Positions 17,988-27,677 of a DNA stretch of 64,000 nucleotides are shown piece after piece. Source of the DNA: an uncultured Gemmataceae bacterium (GTDB lineage: Bacteria; Planctomycetota; Planctomycetia; Gemmatales; Gemmataceae); contig CAVVPN010000003.1 of NCBI GenBank assembly GCA_963750165.1, positions 3,104,001-3,168,000 of the forward strand, in the 5' to 3' direction. A program made the translations under genes and the position numbers. How positions within the stretch are numbered: the stretch's first letter is position 1; each line of letters starts with the position of its first letter. The notes under the pieces were generated by a model. That model did not search any database and had not been told where the DNA came from. It saw nothing but the letters and a program-made list of their open reading frames with translations.

Positions 17988-18952
17988 GCCCGCAGCCGGT
18001 GGCGGTGTCGGTGTGCATCGCCAACTGGAACTGCCGTGATTTGCTCCGCGTCTGCCTGGAGTCGCTGCACGACCAGGACCAGGGCGTCGCGCTGGAAACG
18101 ATCGTCGTGGACAACGCCTCGGCGGACGGCGCCGCGGACATGGTGCGCCGCGAGTTCCCCGAGGTGCTGCTGGTGCGCAACGCCGAGAACGTCGGCTTCG
18201 CGCGAGCCAACAACCAGGCGGCGGCACGAGCGCGCGGCCGCTACCTGTTCTTCCTGAACAACGACACGGTGGTGCCGGCCGGCACGCTGGGCCGGCTGGT
18301 CGCGTACCTGGAGGCGCACCCGGACGTGGGCATGGTGGGACCGCGGCTGCGCGACGCCCGTGGCCAATACCAGGTGTCCTACCGGCGAGCGCCGACGCTG
18401 GCGACACTGCTGCACCGCACCAGCCTGCTGCGCTGGACGGGACTGCTGCGCTACGCCTACCGCCGCTACCGCCGCGAGGAGTTCGACCCCAACCGGGAGC
18501 GGGCCGTGGACGTGCTGATGGGCGCCGCCGTGCTGCTGCCGCGCGACCGCTTCCACGACTGCGGCCGCTGGGACGAGGGCTTCACGTTCGGCGGCGAGGA
18601 CCTGGATCTCTCAACGCGGATCAACCGCCGGCACCGCGTGGTGTATTACCCCGGGGCGGAGGTGATGCACCACGGCCGGGCGAGCACGCGACAGCACATC
18701 GGCTTCGCGTCGGCGCAGATGATGATCGGCTTCGCACGGTATCTGCGGACGCGCGGCTGTTCGCCGGCGGCGCTGACGGTGTACAAGTTGACGGTGACGG
18801 TGGACGCACCGGTGCAGTGGCTGCTCAAGGGCGTGCAATATCTGTGGCGGCGGGTGCAGGGCCGGCCGGAGGAAGCGCACAAGAGTCTGCTGGCGCTGCG
18901 TGGGTTGCAGTATTTTCTGCGGCGCGGGCTGGCGGCGTTCTGGAAGGCGTGA
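17879..18952 (+). CDS. Glycosyltransferase family 2 (WbbL-like)
   Basis: VSVCIANWN, IVVDNASADG, NVGFARANNQ, FFLNNDT, MGAAVLL, WDEGF..GGEDLD. Start uncertain (ATG 17879). Confidence 0.85.
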   Translation: MSQHFFPLDADAPAPPPSAPRRRRANRRRAWRRQLLSPQPVAVSVCIANWNCRDLLRVCLESLHDQDQGVALETIVVDNASADGAADMVRREFPEVLLVRNAENVGFARANNQAAARARGRYLFFLNNDTVVPAGTLGRLVAYLEAHPDVGMVGPRLRDARGQYQVSYRRAPTLATLLHRTSLLRWTGLLRYAYRRYRREEFDPNRERAVDVLMGAAVLLPRDRFHDCGRWDEGFTFGGEDLDLSTRINRRHRVVYYPGAEVMHHGRASTRQHIGFASAQMMIGFARYLRTRGCSPAALTVYKLTVTVDAPVQWLLKGVQYLWRRVQGRPEEAHKSLLALRGLQYFLRRGLAAFWKA

Positions 18953-19103
18953 AAACCCGGATTTTCGCAGCAACGTGTACCACCAGGTCGCACGTAACGC
19001 CGTCGAGCGCGTGGAACACTGGTTTTATGTCGGTTCCGGCAGCTACAGCGTGATCCGGTGGCGATTAACGTGTGTCCGGCCGGTCAACCCCGTGCCTGGC
19101 GGA

Positions 19104-19350
19104 TCACGAAGGCGGAACCACGGGCTCTCGCTTTCCGGGAGTGAGCAACCCATTGATCGACAAAGGATCCGCGCCTCCCAGGATCAGCGCAAGCAGGCCG
19201 GCGATATACAGAAGATTGATCTCGTATCCGGGTGGGCCGAACTGCGGGCCGTCGGCTGTCAACCCGATGGTGTTGATGGCGCTGAAACCGTAACGCAGAT
19301 GGACCGTGAACAGCGCCACGAGCATCATGACGATCAGCGGAATGGACCAC
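19104..19350 (-). pseudogene. C-terminal fragment of a DoxX-family membrane protein
   Basis: SIPLIVMMLVALFTVHLRYGFS...GPPGYEINLLYIAGLLALILGGADPLSI matches the DoxX C-terminal half. No N-terminal half or start; truncated where the repeat element begins. Confidence 0.7.
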
Positions 19351-19608
19351 GAACGGCAGGCCGGCGCTGCCAGGCGCCGCTTCTCGACGTGTGAAAAAGT
19401 TGGCGTTCTTGGCGTTCTTGGCGTCCTTGCTGTGGCAACCGCCGCCGTTTGGTGTCGCGCCTTGCCAGCCGCACGGAGCCAGGGCGCCAATTCTCGACGT
19501 ATGAAAAAGCTGGCCCCCTTGGCCTCCTTGGCCCCCTTGCTGTGGCAGTGCAGGCCGCTGGTGGTCAAGCCGTGCCTGCCCGCCCACGTATGTGCAAACC
19601 GTGCGTGA
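19343..19608. mobile_element. Degenerate tandem copy of the MITE-like element family (two 9-bp-repeat cores)
   Basis: TCTCGACGTRTGAAAAAGYTGG-(9-mer)x3-CTTGCTGTGGCA at 19382 and 19492. Flanks CCACGAACGGCAGGCC and GCAGGCCGCTGG...AAACCGTGCGTGA match the reverse complement of 56395-56605. Confidence 0.65.
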
Positions 19609-19623
19609 TTCGTCTTTTTCGTG

Positions 19624-20385
19624 TCAGCGGCCGTCGCGCAGGCGGTCGCCGAGGAAATTGTCCAGATCGGGGATGGCGTAAATCTTCTTGATGGTGGTTT
19701 CGATGTCGTACTCGATGCGGCGGTAGAAGAGGGTGTCACCATCGAGCACGACGTAGCAGGCGCGCCAGTCGCCGTCGCGCGGCTGGCCGACGGAGCCGAC
19801 GTTGCACAGCGTCTTGTGCCCTTCGAGCTTGTACTTGAACTCGATGTCGTCCGGCGCGTGGAACTGGTACAGGTCCTCGGGCTGGCCCTCGGTGAAGATG
19901 CCCGGCACGTGCGTGTGGCCCTGGAAGCAGTAGCGGTCCACCAGCGCAAAGATGCGGTCCATCTTGCGTTGGTTGTAGATGTCCTCCGGGAACACGTACT
20001 CGTTGAGGGGGTTGCGAGCCGAGCCGTGGACGAACAGGTAGCCGTTCTCCTTGTAGACGCGCGGCCGCTCCGCCAGAAACTCCCAGCGGCGCTCGCGCAC
20101 CTGCCGCGATTCGGGCGAGGTTTCCAGCTGGCTGCGCGTCCAGAAGATGGCGCGCTCGGCGGGGCCGTTGAAGCCGTCCGGGTCGAACATGGCCCCCTGG
20201 TCGTGGTTGCCGAGCAGGACGACCTTGCACTGCATGATGAGGTCGATGCACTCGCGCGGGTTGGGGCCGTAGCCGATCACGTCACCGAGGCAGTAAATCT
20301 CCGTGATGCCGCTGGCCTCGATGTCGGCCAGCACGGCGGTCAGGGCTTCCAGGTTGCCGTGAATATCGCTTATGAACGCCTTCAA
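19624..20385 (-). CDS. Calcineurin-like metallophosphoesterase
   Basis: [38 protein letters not shown] start at 20385 inferred. Confidence 0.9.
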   Translation of the reverse strand: MKAFISDIHGNLEALTAVLADIEASGITEIYCLGDVIGYGPNPRECIDLIMQCKVVLLGNHDQGAMFDPDGFNGPAERAIFWTRSQLETSPESRQVRERRWEFLAERPRVYKENGYLFVHGSARNPLNEYVFPEDIYNQRKMDRIFALVDRYCFQGHTHVPGIFTEGQPEDLYQFHAPDDIEFKYKLEGHKTLCNVGSVGQPRDGDWRACYVVLDGDTLFYRRIEYDIETTIKKIYAIPDLDNFLGDRLRDGR

Positions 20386-20464
20386 GATTGGTTTCTCCGG
20401 GGAGGAACGGTCCCAAACGGTTGTGACCGGCCGGCGCAAGACCGCACGGAATCGCTCTTTGTGA

Positions 20465-20494
20465 AGTGTACTCCCTTGCGCGAAACAGTGTCAA
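20465..20494 (-). promoter_or_regulatory. Putative sigma70-type promoter for the metallophosphoesterase
   Basis: Minus strand TTGACA-N18-TACACT. Confidence 0.5.
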
Positions 20495-20497
20495 GTC

Positions 20498-20554
20498 ATT
20501 GCGGATTGTGGATTGCGGATTGAAGAAGGGGTCTTTCAATCCGCACTCCGCAAT
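20498..20554. repeat. Inverted heptamer-repeat element downstream of glgC
   Basis: ATTGCGG ATTGTGG ATTGCGG ATTGAA ... TTCAATCCGCACTCCGCAAT. Confidence 0.65.
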
Positions 20555-20555
20555 T

Positions 20556-21842
20556 TTAGATCACCGTGTCATCCAGCACCACCGCGCCCTTGGGAATGAC
20601 GACGATGCCATCGCGGATAACGTAATTGCTGCCGTCGTCGTTCTCCAGCTTCTTGCGGTTGACGATGCGCACATTGTTGCCGATGCGGCAGTCCTTATCA
20701 AGAATCGCGTTCTCGATGACGCAGCCGTTGCCGACGATCATGTCCGGCACCCCGCGGCGGTGGTTGTCCGCGCGGTCCTGGTCGGTCTCGAAGTGATCGG
20801 CGCCCATCAGCACGGTGTCGCGCAACCGGCTGTTGCTGCCGATGCGCGTGCGCACCCCCATGACGCAGCGCGTCAGCGTGCTGCCGGAGTGGACCACGCA
20901 GCCGTCACTGACCAGGCACTGCTCCACGCTCGCGGCGCTGATGCGCGACGCCGGCAGGTAGCGCATGCGCGTGTAAATCACGCCGTCAGGGCTGTGGAAG
21001 TCGAACGGCGCCGGATCGTTCGTCAGGGCCAGCGACGCCTCGTGATAGGCCTTGATCGTTCCCACGTCCTCCCAGTAGCCGTCGAACAGGTACGCCTGTA
21101 CGCGATGCGTCTTGATGCTGCGCGGGAACACTTCCTTGCCGAAGTCGGTGGCCAGCGGCGGCGCGTTCAGCAGCGTGAACAGGGCCGGGCGCGTGAACAG
21201 GTAGATGCCCATGCTCGCCAGGTACGGCCGATTGCGGCACTGGACGCCGCGCGCCTCGATCCACTCCGGCGCCGTGTACATCGGCGCCAGCTGCTCGGCG
21301 GTCTTCGGCTTCTCCACGAAGCCGACCACGCGGCCGTCGTCGTCCAGGCGCATGATACCGAAGCCGCTCGTCTGCTCCTCCAGCACCGGCAGCACTGCGA
21401 TGGTCACGTCCGCCTTGCTCTCGGTGTGCGTTTTCAGCATCTGGGCGAAGTCCATGCGGTACAGCTGGTCGCCGGACAGGATGAGTACGTCGGTGCAGCC
21501 GTCCTCGTGGACGTAGCGGATGTTCTGTCGCACCGCGTCCGCGGTGCCCTGATACCAGTCGGCCGCCTCGTTGGTCTGCTGGGCCGCCAGCACCTCGACA
21601 AAGCCGCGGCTGAACGGGTCGAACTTGTAGGTGTTGGCGATGTGGCGGTGCAGGCTAACGCTCAGGAACTGTGTGAGCACGTAGACGCGGTTGCAACCGC
21701 TGTTGATGCAGTTGCTGATAGGGATGTCGATCAGGCGGTACTTGCCGGCGATCGGCACCGCCGGCTTGCTGCGCAGCATGGTGAGCGGGTAGAGGCGCGT
21801 GCCGCGGCCGCCGCCGAGGATCAGACTGAGTACGTTCCGCAT
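20556..21842 (-). CDS. glgC: Glucose-1-phosphate adenylyltransferase
   Basis: LILGGGRGTRLYPLT, SKPAVPIAGKYRLIDIP, WYQGTADAV, LSGDQLYRMD, FVEKP, ASMGIY, DFGKEV, YWEDVGT. Confidence 0.97.
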   Translation of the reverse strand: MRNVLSLILGGGRGTRLYPLTMLRSKPAVPIAGKYRLIDIPISNCINSGCNRVYVLTQFLSVSLHRHIANTYKFDPFSRGFVEVLAAQQTNEAADWYQGTADAVRQNIRYVHEDGCTDVLILSGDQLYRMDFAQMLKTHTESKADVTIAVLPVLEEQTSGFGIMRLDDDGRVVGFVEKPKTAEQLAPMYTAPEWIEARGVQCRNRPYLASMGIYLFTRPALFTLLNAPPLATDFGKEVFPRSIKTHRVQAYLFDGYWEDVGTIKAYHEASLALTNDPAPFDFHSPDGVIYTRMRYLPASRISAASVEQCLVSDGCVVHSGSTLTRCVMGVRTRIGSNSRLRDTVLMGADHFETDQDRADNHRRGVPDMIVGNGCVIENAILDKDCRIGNNVRIVNRKKLENDDGSNYVIRDGIVVIPKGAVVLDDTVI

Positions 21843-21909
21843 GATGGCTCGTCCGTATGGGTTGCCGAATTGCTTCCGATTTGCGGCCAGTCTACCACAC
21901 CCGCTGGGG

Positions 21910-21983
21910 AATTGCCGATTGCAAATTGAAAAACGGAAATGGCTGTTTTTCAATTTGCAATCGGCAATTTGCAATCTGCAATC
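21910..21983. repeat. Inverted heptamer-repeat element (perfect 25-bp IR) overlapping the hemG 3' end
   Basis: AATTGCCGATTGCAAATTGAAAAAC (21910-21934) and its exact reverse complement (21945-21969), plus extra TGCAATC units. Confidence 0.75.
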
Positions 21984-23359
21984 AGGTATTGCGCCACCTG
22001 CCTGGCCAGGACTTCACCCTGTTCCGTGCAGTCGTTGAGCGCGACGCCGTGATAAGCGTTGCCGCCCAGCCACAGTCCCGGGTGCCGCTCCAACCGCTTA
22101 TCGATCCACGCCACGCGCTCCAGATGGCCGAGGTGGTACTGCGGGATCGCCCGCTCCCAGCGCACGATGTGGTGCAAAACGGGTGCCGCGTCGATCCCCA
22201 GCGCCAGCCGCAGTTCCGCCCGCAGCGCCGCCAGCAAGCGGTTGTCGTCCCAGGCGGCGGCGTCGGGCCGGTGCCAGCCGCCGACCAGCGCGCGCAGCAG
22301 CACCATGCCCTCCGGTGCGCGGCCGGGGAAGATCGAGGAGCACCATTGCACGCCGAGCAGATCGCGGCGTGTCCGCTGCGGCGCGATGTAGCCGAAGCCG
22401 TCCAGCGGGTGCCGCACGTCCGCCCGTCGATAGCCGAGGCCCACCACCGTGACACGGTTGTACGCGATGCCGCCGACCTGCGCCGCCAACTCCGCGTCCC
22501 GGTCCGCGAGGATGGCCGCCTGTTGATACGCCGGGCACGTCAGCACCACCGCGTCGGCGGTCCAACGGTCGTTGCCATCGCCGCGCACCACCCAGCCGCC
22601 GCCCTCCGACCGCACGCCGCGGACGTTGACGCCCAGCAGCGGCCGCGGCAACGCCTCGACGAGCGCGTCGATCAGCCGCCGCAGCCCCTCGGGGAAGGAC
22701 CACATCTGGCCGCCGCGACGGTACGGCTGGCCGCGCGCCGCCGCCTCGGCGCGACGCTGCGCGACCGTTTTCGCCAGGCCGCCAAGGACGCTGCCGTGCT
22801 CCGCCTCCAGCGCCGCCAGGCGCGGAAAGGCGGCGCGGACACTGAGCAACGTCGGATCGCCGGCGTAGATGCCCGTGACGAAGGCGTCGGCGAACACGTC
22901 CGCCACCTCCCCGCCGGCGCGCCGCCGCGCGAAGGCGTCAATGGACTCGTCCGAGGCGCTGGTGGGGTTCCGACGGAAGCGCTCCAGCAGCAGGTCGATT
23001 TTGCCGCGCCAGCTGAGCAGGTCGCTGCGGAGAAAAGAGCCGAGGCCGCCGGGCAGCAGCCGCAGCCGGCCGTCGAGGAACAGATAGCGATTCTTGCCGG
23101 CGGCCTCACTGGCTGGGACGAGCCGCTCGCCGAGGTCGAGGTCACGGCACAGGGCCAGCGTGCCGGGCTTGTTGTCGAGGAAGCCGTTGGGGCCTTCCTC
23201 GATGCGGAAGCCGGCGATGGCGTCAGTCCAGACGGTGCCGCCGGGCCGCGACCGCTGCTCCAGCAGCGTGAGGTCGCAGCCCGGCAGCCGCTGCCGCAGC
23301 CGGTAGGCCAGTGACAGCCCACTGACACCAGCGCCGACGATGACGATACGTGGGGCCAT
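21950..23359 (-). CDS. hemG: Protoporphyrinogen/coproporphyrin oxidase (HemY-type FAD oxidase)
   Basis: IVGAGVSGL Rossmann motif, EEGPNGF, GIYAGDP..LS...AFP, GFGYI, SSIFPGRAP, WERAIPQY, GNAYHGVALNDC. Confidence 0.93.
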   Translation of the reverse strand: MAPRIVIVGAGVSGLSLAYRLRQRLPGCDLTLLEQRSRPGGTVWTDAIAGFRIEEGPNGFLDNKPGTLALCRDLDLGERLVPASEAAGKNRYLFLDGRLRLLPGGLGSFLRSDLLSWRGKIDLLLERFRRNPTSASDESIDAFARRRAGGEVADVFADAFVTGIYAGDPTLLSVRAAFPRLAALEAEHGSVLGGLAKTVAQRRAEAAARGQPYRRGGQMWSFPEGLRRLIDALVEALPRPLLGVNVRGVRSEGGGWVVRGDGNDRWTADAVVLTCPAYQQAAILADRDAELAAQVGGIAYNRVTVVGLGYRRADVRHPLDGFGYIAPQRTRRDLLGVQWCSSIFPGRAPEGMVLLRALVGGWHRPDAAAWDDNRLLAALRAELRLALGIDAAPVLHHIVRWERAIPQYHLGHLERVAWIDKRLERHPGLWLGGNAYHGVALNDCTEQGEVLARQVAQYLIADCKLPIAN

Positions 23360-23360
23360 G

Positions 23361-24302
23361 TCACTTCTTCGGCGCCGGCGGCGTGATGCCGGTCGCCTCC
23401 ATCGGGACGGTATACAGCGACGAGCGCACCGTCACGTACAGGACGTTCATCTTCGGGCCGCCGAAGCAGACGTTGGCCGGCTGCTCCGGGATGTCAATGT
23501 TGCCGAGGTACTTGCCGCTGGAGTCGTACACCTGCAGGCCCGTCGCGGAGGTGATGTAGACGTTGCCCCTGGTATCGACCGCGGCGCCGTCGGCGCCACC
23601 GGCGACCTTGCCCTTGGGCCTGAGAGTGCAGAAAACGCGGCCCGCATCGATCTTGCCCGGCGCGGTGACGGTGTAAGCCATCATCTTGGGCGAGCCGGAT
23701 GGGAAGACGTAGAGCGTCTTCTCGTCGGGCGACAGGCGGACGCCGTTGGGCTTGGCCAGGTTGTCGATCAGGCGCGTGACCTTGCCGTCCGGGGCGACGT
23801 AGTAGACGCCGAGCTTGTCCTGCGGCCGCGGTACCGGGGCGCCGAAGTCCGGGTCGGTGAAGTAGACGCCTCCCTGCTTATCGATGGCCAGGTCATTGGG
23901 AGCGTTGTAACGCTTGCCGTCGTACTTGTCGGTGACGACGCGGACCTTGCTGCTGTCCGCGGTGCTGACGGCGACGACGCGGCCGCTGGCCATTTCGCAG
24001 GTGACGATCTCGCCGTGGGCGTTGAGCATCTGGCCGTTGGCGTTGTTGGTGTTCTCGCGGAACTTCGAGAGCTTGCCGTCCTTATCGACCTTGTAGGTGG
24101 TGGCGGCCCGCACGTCGTTGAAGTAGACGTTGCCGTGGCGGTCCGCGGCGGGGCCCTCGGTGAACTTGAAGTTGGTGTGCAGCTTGACGACCTTGCCGAC
24201 CGGGCCGATGCCGGGGATCGGCTGGTTCTGGCCGGCGGCCAGCGATGCGGACGACAGCAGGGCCAGCAACACGGCCGGCGCGAGCCAGAGACGATTGGAC
24301 AT
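23361..24302 (-). CDS. SMP-30/gluconolactonase/LRE family protein, secreted
   Basis: FTEGP, NAPNDL, YFTDP, KPNGVRLSPD, GADGAAVD, PANVCFGG; signal peptide. Confidence 0.9.
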   Translation of the reverse strand: MSNRLWLAPAVLLALLSSASLAAGQNQPIPGIGPVGKVVKLHTNFKFTEGPAADRHGNVYFNDVRAATTYKVDKDGKLSKFRENTNNANGQMLNAHGEIVTCEMASGRVVAVSTADSSKVRVVTDKYDGKRYNAPNDLAIDKQGGVYFTDPDFGAPVPRPQDKLGVYYVAPDGKVTRLIDNLAKPNGVRLSPDEKTLYVFPSGSPKMMAYTVTAPGKIDAGRVFCTLRPKGKVAGGADGAAVDTRGNVYITSATGLQVYDSSGKYLGNIDIPEQPANVCFGGPKMNVLYVTVRSSLYTVPMEATGITPPAPKK

Positions 24303-24388
24303 GGGGAGCCTCCTGGTTGCAGGGTGGTGGGGTAATGATTTATCGGTTCGCGCGAAACGATGAATCACCACCTCACCGCCTCACGATC

Positions 24389-25117
24389 TCACTCACGACG
24401 GATCTCAACGATAATGCCGCCCAGCCGCAGCAGCCTATGCAGCGGCGAAAACCACAGTTCGCGCTGCCACGGCAGCCCCGCCGCCGCGCACAGCCGCCGC
24501 AGATGGTCGCGGTTGTGGGCCCGGCAGTGCCACATTCGGCTGCACAGCGCCCCAGTCAGCGTGTCCTCGGTGACCAGCAGCAGCAGAATGCCGCCTGGCC
24601 GCAGCACGCGCGCCAGCTCGCGCAGTCCCGGCCGTGGGTCCGGCAGATGTTCCAGCACCCAGCCGCACACGATCGCGTCAAAGGCGGCATCGGCGTAGGG
24701 CAGCCGCGTCAGGTCCGCTGCGACGTGCGCGACTCGCGGCAAGTTTTTCAAGCGCCGCCGGGCGCGGGCCAGCATGTTCACGGACAGATCGAACGCGGTG
24801 ACAATGGCGTCCGGCGGTGCGTCGCGCAGCAGAAAGCGCGTGTAGCGACCGTTACCGCAGCCGGCGTCGAGGATGGTTTTGCAGCCGCGCACGTCGAAGG
24901 CCCGCGGCCGGATAAGACGGCCCGCCAGGGTTTCATGGCCGGTGAGGACACCGGTGACGCGGGTCCAGCCGCCGGCGGCGCCGTCGTAGTGCTGCTGGAT
25001 GAAGCGGCGGTAGTCCAGGAACGAACGCCGGTCCTGTTCCTTGGACTCCAGCACGCCGATCAGCCCTTTGTGGGCGGGGGCCGGCGGCGGCGTGGTTTCG
25101 GGGTTGTCGGCAATCAT
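24389..25117 (-). CDS. Class I SAM-dependent methyltransferase
   Basis: ILDAGCGNG, FDLSVNML, ADLTRLPY, FDAIVC, VLEHL, RVLRPGG. Start at ATG 25117 inferred. Confidence 0.85.
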   Translation of the reverse strand: MIADNPETTPPPAPAHKGLIGVLESKEQDRRSFLDYRRFIQQHYDGAAGGWTRVTGVLTGHETLAGRLIRPRAFDVRGCKTILDAGCGNGRYTRFLLRDAPPDAIVTAFDLSVNMLARARRRLKNLPRVAHVAADLTRLPYADAAFDAIVCGWVLEHLPDPRPGLRELARVLRPGGILLLLVTEDTLTGALCSRMWHCRAHNRDHLRRLCAAAGLPWQRELWFSPLHRLLRLGGIIVEIRRE

Positions 25118-25272
25118 GGGCCGCTCACGGGTGCGTGGGTTTCGGGTCGGGGCTTTTTCTAGCGGCCGGGCGGGCAAAAGGAAGGGCCGCGGCCGGCAGA
25201 GCGAGAGCGGACGGCGGGGCCGGGAAGTCATAAAGCATTCCCGAGTCGCCACGCTCCAACGAGAGGAATGCC

Positions 25273-26217
25273 ATGCGGACGCTGATTACCGGAGGGGCCG
25301 GATTCATTGGTTCCCACCTGTGCGAGCGCTTTTTGAGGGACGGCCATGAGGTCATCTGCGTCGATAACCTGATCACCGGCAGCCTGGGCAACCTCGAACA
25401 CCTGCGCGGCAACGACCGCTTCACGTTCATCCGTCACGACATCTCGCACCCGCTGGAGATCGACGGCCCGCTGGACAACATTTTGCACTTCGCGTCGCCG
25501 GCCAGTCCTGTCGATTACCTGCGGCACCCGATCCCGACGCTGAAGGTCGGCGCGCTGGGCACGCACAACGCCCTGGGCATCGCCAAGCTGAAGCAGGCGA
25601 GCTTCCTGCTGGCGAGCACCAGCGAGGTCTACGGCGACCCGGCGGTGCATCCGCAGAAGGAGGACTACTGGGGCAACGTAAATCCAATTGGTGTCAGGGG
25701 TTGCTACGATGAAGCGAAGCGCTTCGCCGAGGCGATCACGATGGCGTACCACCGCTATCACGACGTAAACACCCACATCGTAAGGATTTTCAACACTTAC
25801 GGCCCCTTTATGCGGCTGGACGACGGCCGTGTGGTGCCGAACCTGATGGGTCAGGCGCTGCGCGGCGAACCGCTGACCGTCTTCGGCGACGGCTCACAGA
25901 CGCGCAGTTTCTGCTACGTCTCCGACCTCGTGGAAGGCATCGTCCGGCTGTTGACGAAGGACTTCCACGAGCCGGTCAACCTCGGCAACCCGAACGAGGT
26001 GAGCATTCTGGATTTCGCGAAGGAGATTCAGGCGCTGGCGGGTAAGCGCTGCGAGATCGTCTTCAAGCCGCTACCGCAGGACGACCCGAAGGTGCGCAAA
26101 CCGGACATCAGCCGCGCCCGCCAGCTGCTCGGCTGGGAACCGCAGGTGGACCGGCACGAGGGCATGAAACGGACGATGGACTTCTTCCGGTCGCGGATTC
26201 AGGCACCGCCCGGATGA
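25273..26217 (+). CDS. UDP-glucuronate decarboxylase (extended SDR)
   Basis: [64 protein letters not shown]. Confidence 0.92.
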   Translation: MRTLITGGAGFIGSHLCERFLRDGHEVICVDNLITGSLGNLEHLRGNDRFTFIRHDISHPLEIDGPLDNILHFASPASPVDYLRHPIPTLKVGALGTHNALGIAKLKQASFLLASTSEVYGDPAVHPQKEDYWGNVNPIGVRGCYDEAKRFAEAITMAYHRYHDVNTHIVRIFNTYGPFMRLDDGRVVPNLMGQALRGEPLTVFGDGSQTRSFCYVSDLVEGIVRLLTKDFHEPVNLGNPNEVSILDFAKEIQALAGKRCEIVFKPLPQDDPKVRKPDISRARQLLGWEPQVDRHEGMKRTMDFFRSRIQAPPG

Positions 26218-26286
26218 GCCACTTCTGTTTCGATGGCGGCCAGCCTATACTAACACCATGCACCCCCTCGTGAGGAACCGCACACC

Positions 26287-27594
26287 ATGCCGCCGATGAC
26301 GCTGACCGAAAAAATCCTCGCCCGCCACGCCAACCGCGCCGCCGTGCAGCCCGGCGACAACATCTGGGTCGATACCGACATCCTCATGACGCACGATGTC
26401 TGCGGTCCTGGCACCATCGGCATCTTCAAGCAGGAGTTCGGCAAGGACGCGAAGGTCTGGGACCGTGAGAAGGTGGTCATCATCCCCGACCACTACATCT
26501 TCACGCAGGACCGCATGGCCAACCGCAACGTGGAAGTGCTGCGCCAGTTCGCCGTCGAGCAGCACCTGCGCTACTTTTACGACGTGGGCACGCCGAGTTA
26601 CAAGGGCGTCTGTCACATCGCCTTGCCGGAGGAGGGCCACACGCGGCCGGGCGAAGTGCTGTTCGGCACCGACAGCCACACCTGCACCGCGGGCGCCTTC
26701 GGCGAGTTCGCGACCGGAATCGGCAACACCGACGCCGGCTTCGTCATGGGCACCGGCAAGCTCTGGGTGAAAGTACCGCCGACCATGCGTTTCGTCTTCC
26801 ACGGCCAGCTGCCACCGTACCTGATGGCCAAGGATTTGATCCTCGCGGTGATCGGCGACATCGGCTGCGACGGCGCCACTTACCGTGCGATGGAGTTCGA
26901 CGGCGAGGCGCTGTACGCGCTGAACATCGAGGAGCGCATGACGCTGTGCAACATGGTGATCGAGGCCGGCGGCAAGAACGGTGTCATCGCGCCGGATCAG
27001 GTGACATTGGACTTCGTCAACGCCCGCAACGCCGGCCAACGGCCCTACACCGTCTACAAGAGCGACCCGGACGCACAGTTCATTTTCGAGAAGGTTTACG
27101 ATGTCTCGAAGCTGGAGCCGGTGGTGGCGAAGCCGCACAGCCCGGACAACAAGGCGAAGGTGTCGGAGGTGCGCGGCACCCGGCTGGACCGGGCGTACAT
27201 CGGCTCCTGCACGGGCGGCAAGATGACCGACTTCCGCGCCGCGGCGGCGATCCTCAAGGGGCGGCACGTGCGCATCGACACCTTCGTGGTGCCGGCGACC
27301 AGCGAAATCGCCCGCGGGTTGAAGCAAGAAAAGCTGAACGGTCAGACGCTGGAGGAGGTGTTTTTGGCGGCGGGCGCCAAGCTGGGTGAGCCGTCGTGTG
27401 CTGCCTGCCTGGGCGGGCCGAGCGACACCTTCGGCCGGTTGAACGAGCCGCTGAGTTGCATCAGCACGACCAATCGCAATTTCCCGGGCCGCATGGGGCA
27501 CAAGCAGGCGCAGGTGTTCCTGGCCAGTCCGATGACGGTCGCCGCCAGCGCCGTGACCGGCACCATTACCGACCCGCGCGAGTGCATGCAATGA
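26287..27594 (+). CDS. leuC: 3-isopropylmalate dehydratase large subunit
   Basis: MTLTEKIL, PDHY, GTDSHTCTAGA, IGSCTGGK, CAACLGG, STTNRNFPGRMG, LASP; paired with leuD. Confidence 0.9.
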   Translation: MPPMTLTEKILARHANRAAVQPGDNIWVDTDILMTHDVCGPGTIGIFKQEFGKDAKVWDREKVVIIPDHYIFTQDRMANRNVEVLRQFAVEQHLRYFYDVGTPSYKGVCHIALPEEGHTRPGEVLFGTDSHTCTAGAFGEFATGIGNTDAGFVMGTGKLWVKVPPTMRFVFHGQLPPYLMAKDLILAVIGDIGCDGATYRAMEFDGEALYALNIEERMTLCNMVIEAGGKNGVIAPDQVTLDFVNARNAGQRPYTVYKSDPDAQFIFEKVYDVSKLEPVVAKPHSPDNKAKVSEVRGTRLDRAYIGSCTGGKMTDFRAAAAILKGRHVRIDTFVVPATSEIARGLKQEKLNGQTLEEVFLAAGAKLGEPSCAACLGGPSDTFGRLNEPLSCISTTNRNFPGRMGHKQAQVFLASPMTVAASAVTGTITDPRECMQ

Positions 27595-27597
27595 TGA

Positions 27598-27660
27598 GGT
27601 CCGAGCCCGAGCGCCAGCGAGGTGGCAGGCTGGCCCCTCGCTGGCGCTCGGGCTCGGACC
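27598..27660. repeat. REP palindrome (family B) between leuC and leuD
   Basis: 25-bp stem GGTCCGAGCCCGAGCGCCAGCGAGG/CCTCGCTGGCGCTCGGGCTCGGACC; second copy at 52497-52547. Confidence 0.8.
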
Positions 27661-27677
27661 CGGAAGAAGGATCCGCG

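Noticed and set aside
18955..19070. Coding-like fragment NVYHQVARNAVERVEHWFYVGSGSYSVIRWRL
   Set aside because: No start or RBS and no family I can recognise; possibly debris next to the DoxX remnant.
19382..19560. Two repeats separated by a spacer, superficially CRISPR-like
   Set aside because: Only two imperfect ~55-bp units with internal 9-mers, dispersed copies elsewhere and no cas genes; better explained as a MITE-like family.
20556..21974. N-terminal extensions in the ORF track for glgC, leuD (27396), MFS (30209), WD40 (48186) and desaturase (63275)
   Set aside because: They translate repeats or intergenic DNA; downstream starts match the family N-termini.
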